Shown here one piece after another: positions 58,968 to 64,000 of a DNA stretch of 64,000 bases; within the stretch, counting starts at the first letter, position 1, and every line of letters starts with the position of its first letter. The stretch spans positions 1,010 through 65,009 of the forward strand of contig CAVOXF010000007.1 in the NCBI GenBank assembly GCA_963700375.1, read 5' to 3'. The position numbers were made by a program, and so were the translations under genes. The stretch is from an uncultured Actinomycetota bacterium (GTDB lineage: Bacteria; Actinomycetota; Acidimicrobiia; Spongiisociales; UBA5794). The notes beneath the pieces are model-generated. The model worked only from the letters and a program-made list of their open reading frames with translations. It searched no databases and had not been told where the DNA came from.

Positions 58968-59705
58968 CTACGCGACTTTCCAGGTTGTGCGGGTTGGTGG
59001 GGCGTGGATGTGTGGGTGTGAGTGTCGTCTGCGTTGGGGTGACGATGAAGGGTCGATGGTGGAGCGGTGGCCATGGATCGCGGCGTGGTGGTGGAACCAG
59101 CACAGGGTCGAGAGGGTCTCCGGGTCGGTGCGGTCGCTGTGGGACCAGGGGATGGTGTGATGCATCTGGAGGCGAGAGCGCGCACGCGGCCTGCCGCGGT
59201 GCAGACCCCGCCGTCACGAACCGGCACACACCGGCGCAGCCTCGGCGCGATCACCCGGCTGCGGCGTCCCGAGGGCGAGCGGGGTGACGTCGATGACACC
59301 GTCGCAGAGGATCGCTTCAGTCGTGTGCGCCCCGACCCGCGGCCCGGCCTCAACCTGAACACCGGCCTCACCATTCGTACCAGCCGCCTCCGACTCGTCC
59401 ACGAACATCGTCACGATGGGGGCAGCGGATTCGATCGTGGCGCCGTCACCACCGATGAGGGAGTCGAGGCTGCTCGACCACAGTGCGTCGGCGTTGCGGG
59501 TGGTGCGTGCCACGGTGGCGTCGGGTTCGTCTGCGAAGACGTCGCCGCTCGCGTCGAGGGCGTCGACGACGACCCGACCCACTGAACCCGGGAGCCGCCC
59601 GTGGAGACGCCACGCCGACCCGTCGAGGTTGGGCTGAACCGACACATACCGTGCGTTGAACGCGACCTGCTCGATCGTCTCGGTGGTGAGAACCTGGTGT
59701 CCCAT
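58968..59705 (-). pseudogene. Decayed DUF222-HNH copy
   Basis: Paralogous to 26929-28062 (YVSVQPNL, RNADAL, ILCDG, CWFHH) with a large N-terminal deletion and frameshifts. Confidence 0.85.
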
Positions 59706-59847
59706 CCCCGCAACGCATCAGCGGCCGGTGACCGAAGCCGATGTGTGGCAACAAGAATCTCGCTGTTCTCGGTCATCCCCCGCGTCGTCGCTGGCGCTCC
59801 TCCGCGGCCCCCCACCCTCAGGGCGGGGGGACAAGGTGCCCCCGCTG

Positions 59848-60984
59848 TCAGGCGCCTTCGAGGTAGCCCTCGAGCTTGTGTGCACGGGCTGGTTGGCGCA
59901 GCTTCGCCAGGGCCTTGGTCTCGATCTGACGAATGCGTTCCCGGGTCACGTGGAAATGATCACCGACCTCTTCAAGCGTGCGAACCTTGCCGTCGGCAAG
60001 GCCGAATCGCATGACCAGGACGTCGCGCTCGCGATCGTTCAGGGCTTCGAGGGCCAGACTCAAGTAGCTCTGGAGCAGGTGGAACGCCGCAGCCTCCACC
60101 GGGATCTCCGCCTCGGTGTCCTCGACGAAGTCGCCGAGCGTCGAGTCGTCCTCCTCCCCCAGCGGGGTCTCCAACGAAACGGGGTCCTGGGCGATCCTGC
60201 GGAGCTCGGTGACCTTGTCCGGTTCGAGTTCGAGCTCCTCGGCGATCTCCTCGATCGTCGGGTCCCGGCCGAGTTCCTGCATGAGCGTGCGCTGGATCCT
60301 GGCGAGCTTGTTGATCGTCTCCACCATGTGGACGGGTACCCGGATGGTGCGGGCCTGATCGGCGAGCGCCCGCGTCACCGCCTGGCGGATCCACCAGGTT
60401 GCGTACGTCGAGAACTTGAAGCCCTTGCGGTAGTCGAACTTCTCAACGGCCCGGATCAGCCCGAGATTGCCCTCCTGGATGAGGTCGAGCAGGCTGAGGC
60501 CGCGCCCGATGTACTTCTTGGCAATCGAGACGACGAGCCTCAAGTTGGCTTCGACGAGCCGCTTGCGAGCCTTGTCGCCGTTGCGGACCGTGCGTTCGAT
60601 GATGATCCGCTCCGCCGGTGCCAGAGCCTCCCCATCTTCGAGTTGATCCTCGGCACGAGTGCCGGCCTCGGCCTGCATGGCGAGTTCGACTTCCTGCTGC
60701 GGAGTGAGCAACGGGAACCGCCCGATCTCCTGGAGGTACATGCGAACCGGATCGGACACATGGACCAACTCGTCATTCGAGAGATTCGTGGCCGAGAGAC
60801 TGTTCGCCGAGTCCTCGCGGATCGGAATGCGCTCTTCGCGAAGGGCGAGGAACACGGCGTCGAACGATTCGTCCGGTGCGCCGACTTCTTCGAGCTCTTG
60901 CTGGACTTCGGTCATGACGAGGAAGCCCCGCTGGCGGCCCCTCGCCGTCAGTTCGTCCAGGACGATTCGGACAATCTCGTTCAT
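59848..60984 (-). CDS. rpoD: Principal RNA polymerase sigma factor RpoD/SigA
   Basis: [45 protein letters not shown]; downstream of dnaG. Confidence 0.95.
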   Translation of the reverse strand: MNEIVRIVLDELTARGRQRGFLVMTEVQQELEEVGAPDESFDAVFLALREERIPIREDSANSLSATNLSNDELVHVSDPVRMYLQEIGRFPLLTPQQEVELAMQAEAGTRAEDQLEDGEALAPAERIIIERTVRNGDKARKRLVEANLRLVVSIAKKYIGRGLSLLDLIQEGNLGLIRAVEKFDYRKGFKFSTYATWWIRQAVTRALADQARTIRVPVHMVETINKLARIQRTLMQELGRDPTIEEIAEELELEPDKVTELRRIAQDPVSLETPLGEEDDSTLGDFVEDTEAEIPVEAAAFHLLQSYLSLALEALNDRERDVLVMRFGLADGKVRTLEEVGDHFHVTRERIRQIETKALAKLRQPARAHKLEGYLEGA

Positions 60985-62736
60985 TCTCTACTCCGCAATT
61001 CCCTGCGTTCGTTCTGCAACGCTATCAGGCGCTCGAACCGTTCTGAATACCCCTGAGCGTCGGCGGCGGCATCGACGCCGGCAAGTTCGGTCTGTAGAAG
61101 TGCAATTCTGCGCTCAACCGCGTCCTGCTTGAGGCGTTTCAGCACATCGGACGCATCGGGAAGCGGTCGCTGCTGGAGCGCCAGCAATCGCAGCAGGGCA
61201 CCCTCCGGGACGTCATCGGAGCCGATCGAAGCGCCGAGATCTGGAGCTACACCGGGTTCGAGCGGCTCGACCAGCTCGGAAATCAACTCGAATGCCGATC
61301 GATAGGCCAGTTCCGAGAAGAGATCGGCCGTGAAACCGAGCGCCCGGGCGTCCGCATCGTTGGCGAGGAAGAGGCGCAGCGCCTCGCGCTCCGTGCGCTG
61401 CGGCCCGGTCAGATTCAATTCGTCGAGTAGCTGTGGCGTTGCGGCGCTCGGCTGGGCCGATCCACGGAGCGCCGACTCGACGGTCGGGACGTCCACGCCC
61501 GTGCGCCGCGACACGAGAACCGCGTATTCATGACGCACGACGGCATCGGGGTGCAGCGCGATGAGGGCTGCAGCAGCCCGGACCGCACGCCCGCGGGATT
61601 CGGGTTCGTCGAGGTTGAAACCCGCGAGTTCTCGATCGATCCGGAACTGCAGGAGCGGGTCCGACGATTCGACGGCGGCCTTCAGAGCGTCGATGCGCCC
61701 GTCGGCGACGAGATCTGCCGGGTCGCGGCCCTCGGGGAGAACCGCGACGCGCAGATCCAGATCGCCCGGAACGGACCGTTCAAAGCCGCGCTCCGCGGCC
61801 CCGGCACCGGCCTCGTCGGCGTCGAATGCAAGGACGACCCGCTTGGAGAATCGGCGCAGCAGGTCGAGGTGCTCCTCCCCGAGCGCCGTCCCGCAGGTCG
61901 CAACCGCAACCGGCATGCCGGCGAGGTGGAAGGCGATCACGTCGGTGTAGCCCTCGACCACGACCGACTCGTCGGAGCGCACGATCTGGGACTTCGACCA
62001 GTTCAGGCCGTAGAGCAGGCGGGACTTGTGGTAGATCGGCGTCTCCGGGGAGTTCAGGTACTTCGGCCCCTCGCCATCGAGCAGGCGGGCACCGAAACCG
62101 ACGGCATCGCCCTCGTACGTCGTAGATCGGGAACATGAGACGGTTCCGAAACCGATCGACGAGGCCGCCACGGCTGGATCGAGACGCCAGGCCGGCAGCG
62201 GTCATCGCCTCGTCCTTCACTCCGGCCTCTCGCAGATGATTCACGAGGGCGTCCCACGTCTCGGGCGAGTACCCGAGGTGGAACCGGTCGACGACATCGC
62301 CGTCGTATCCACGGCTGCGGAGGTAGCCCCTGGCATGCCCGGCATCGCTGCCCGTCTTGAGACGCGTGGTGTAGAACTCGACCGAACGCTCCACCGCCTC
62401 AATGAGCCGCTCACGGCGGTCCCGGTGCTTCGCCGCGTCGGGGTCGACGGTGAGCGTGACCCCCACCCTGCGGGCGAGGAGCTCGAGTGCATCGGAGAAA
62501 CCAAGGCCCTGCGTTTCCTGGACCCACCCGAAAACGTCCCCGCTCTTGCCACATCCAAAACAGTGGAACAGCCCGCGGGCCGGGTCGATCGAGAGCGACG
62601 CGGTCTTCTCCGAATGGAACGGGCACACGGCCATGACCGAACGCCCCGACCGTTTGACCCGGGTCACCTCGGATGCGAGTTCAACGAGGTCGGTGCGTTC
62701 ACGAACCCGATCAATGTCTTCACGCGAGTACGCCAT
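60981..62736 (-). CDS. dnaG: DNA primase (frameshift near 62112, likely sequencing error)
   Basis: CPFH..CFGC zinc finger, [32 protein letters not shown]. Confidence 0.93.
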
Positions 62737-62794
62737 CAGGGGCCAGCGTAGAGGCACCGCACAATGAACATGCCGGTGCGCGGGACCGGTTGGC

Positions 62795-64000
62795 TCAGGC
62801 CGTCTCGCTCTGCGCTACGCCCGCCATCATCAAGCCGACTTCTTCGCGGGTTGCCGTCTCAGGATCAACGATGCCGATGATCTTGCCCTCGTACATCACC
62901 GCAATCCGGTCCGACAGGCCGAAGACCTCGTCCAGATCCTCGGAGATCATCAGCACAGCCGTCATCGCCGTACGGTGTTCGAGCAGCTTCTGCTGGATGA
63001 ACTCTGCATCGGTCAGCTTGTTGCGCTTGTCGATCAATCGCCGGTGAATGTATTCGGCCGCACCGATGTCGACGCCGCGAGTCGGCTGCGACGCGACCAG
63101 CACGATCGGAGACGATGACAGCTCTCGCGCCATGATGACCTTCTGGATGTTTCCGCCCGAGAGGCTTCCGCATGAGGTCTCGATCGACGGGGTCCGTACA
63201 TCGAAGGACTCGACCAATTCGTTGGCATGGTCCTTGATCGCGGTGAAATTGAACATGCCGGCCTTCAAATACTCGGGACTGGCATAGTCGATGAGCAGCA
63301 GGTTCTCCCACACGGTGAAGTCCGCAATGGCACCTTCCCTCATCCGCTCTTCCGGAACGTAGGCGAGACCGGCCTGCCTGATCTTCAGCGGGAGCACATT
63401 GGTGACGTCCGTGCCTTCGATCTTGATGGTCCCGCTCTTGACCTCACGCAGCCCGGCGATCGTCTCCGCCATCTCGCGCTGTCCATTGCCGGACACCCCG
63501 GCAATGCCGAGGATCTCACCCTTGCGAACGTCGAGGCTCAGGCCATCGACAGCCACGAGTCCGCGGTCTCCCATGACGGTCAGATCCCGAATCTCGAGTG
63601 CAACCTCGCCCGGCTCGGCGGGGAGCCGATCGGGACTGAGCTTCACCTGCCGCCCCACCATCATGTTGGCGAGGCTCTCGCGGGTGGCGCCCTCAACGGG
63701 AACCTCGCCGGTGACGGCTCCGTGTCGCAGGACCGTGATGCGGTCGCTCAGGGCCAGCACCTCGTGCAGCTTGTGCGAGATGAAGATCAGACCGCGTCCA
63801 TCGGCCGTCAGCTGACGGAGCGTTGTGAACAGCTGATCGACTTCTTGCGGCGTCAGCACCGCTGTGGGCTCATCGAGGATGAGAAGCTTGGCCTCGCGGT
63901 AGAGGGCTTTGATGATCTCGACGCGCTGGCGCTCACCGACCGATAGCTGCCACACGACGGCCGATGGATCGACCTCGAGCCCGTATTGGCCGGCCAACTT
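62795..64000 (-). CDS. ABC transporter ATP-binding protein (nucleoside/sugar type), 5'-partial
   Basis: LSVGERQRVE, DEPT, GVSGNGQ, LSGGNIQK; paralog of 35378-36919. Confidence 0.92.
   Translation of the reverse strand, partial: KLAGQYGLEVDPSAVVWQLSVGERQRVEIIKALYREAKLLILDEPTAVLTPQEVDQLFTTLRQLTADGRGLIFISHKLHEVLALSDRITVLRHGAVTGEVPVEGATRESLANMMVGRQVKLSPDRLPAEPGEVALEIRDLTVMGDRGLVAVDGLSLDVRKGEILGIAGVSGNGQREMAETIAGLREVKSGTIKIEGTDVTNVLPLKIRQAGLAYVPEERMREGAIADFTVWENLLLIDYASPEYLKAGMFNFTAIKDHANELVESFDVRTPSIETSCGSLSGGNIQKVIMARELSSSPIVLVASQPTRGVDIGAAEYIHRRLIDKRNKLTDAEFIQQKLLEHRTAMTAVLMISEDLDEVFGLSDRIAVMYEGKIIGIVDPETATREEVGLMMAGVAQSETA

Noticed and set aside
59656-61056. Long antisense ORFs (opposite rpoD, and 44258-45931, 17449-18924)
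   Set aside because: Shadow frames of GC-rich coding genes with no independent motifs.

Overview
High-GC actinobacterial chromosome segment (gene content and Thr-rich lipoproteins suggest Acidimicrobiia; taxonomy is inference). Positions 1-4748 are the right end of an integrative island at tRNA-Val(TAC). It holds an ECF sigma/anti-sigma-like pair, an IS110 element, an RHH-coiled-coil-SEC-C gene and a tyrosine integrase. The rest is mostly housekeeping and metabolic: a flippase-like/phosphoglycosyl-transferase fusion divergent from an LCP ligase, a PspC two-component module, P-type ATPase, ppa, hrpA, beta-oxidation genes, surE, a BMP-type ABC transporter with xdhC, tRNA-Ile2(CAT) with a tandem repeat, trmL, SulP, oleA-oleBC-oleD, tRNA-Asn, rpoD and dnaG. 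There are also two DUF222-HNH copies, one decayed. Best findings: (1) a bridge-RNA-like structure 3' of the IS110 recombinase whose four loop segments match the element's own junctions; (2) a possible minimal initiate-flip-ligate glycan module; (3) an in-frame CbiM::CbiO deletion scar absent from the ORF track; (4) phased repeats and a palindromic operator near the integrase. Several single-G frameshifts, including one in essential dnaG, point to homopolymer sequencing errors, so frameshift-based pseudogene calls are weak. No CRISPR array or rRNA was seen. All family assignments come from motif recognition by eye, not database searches.
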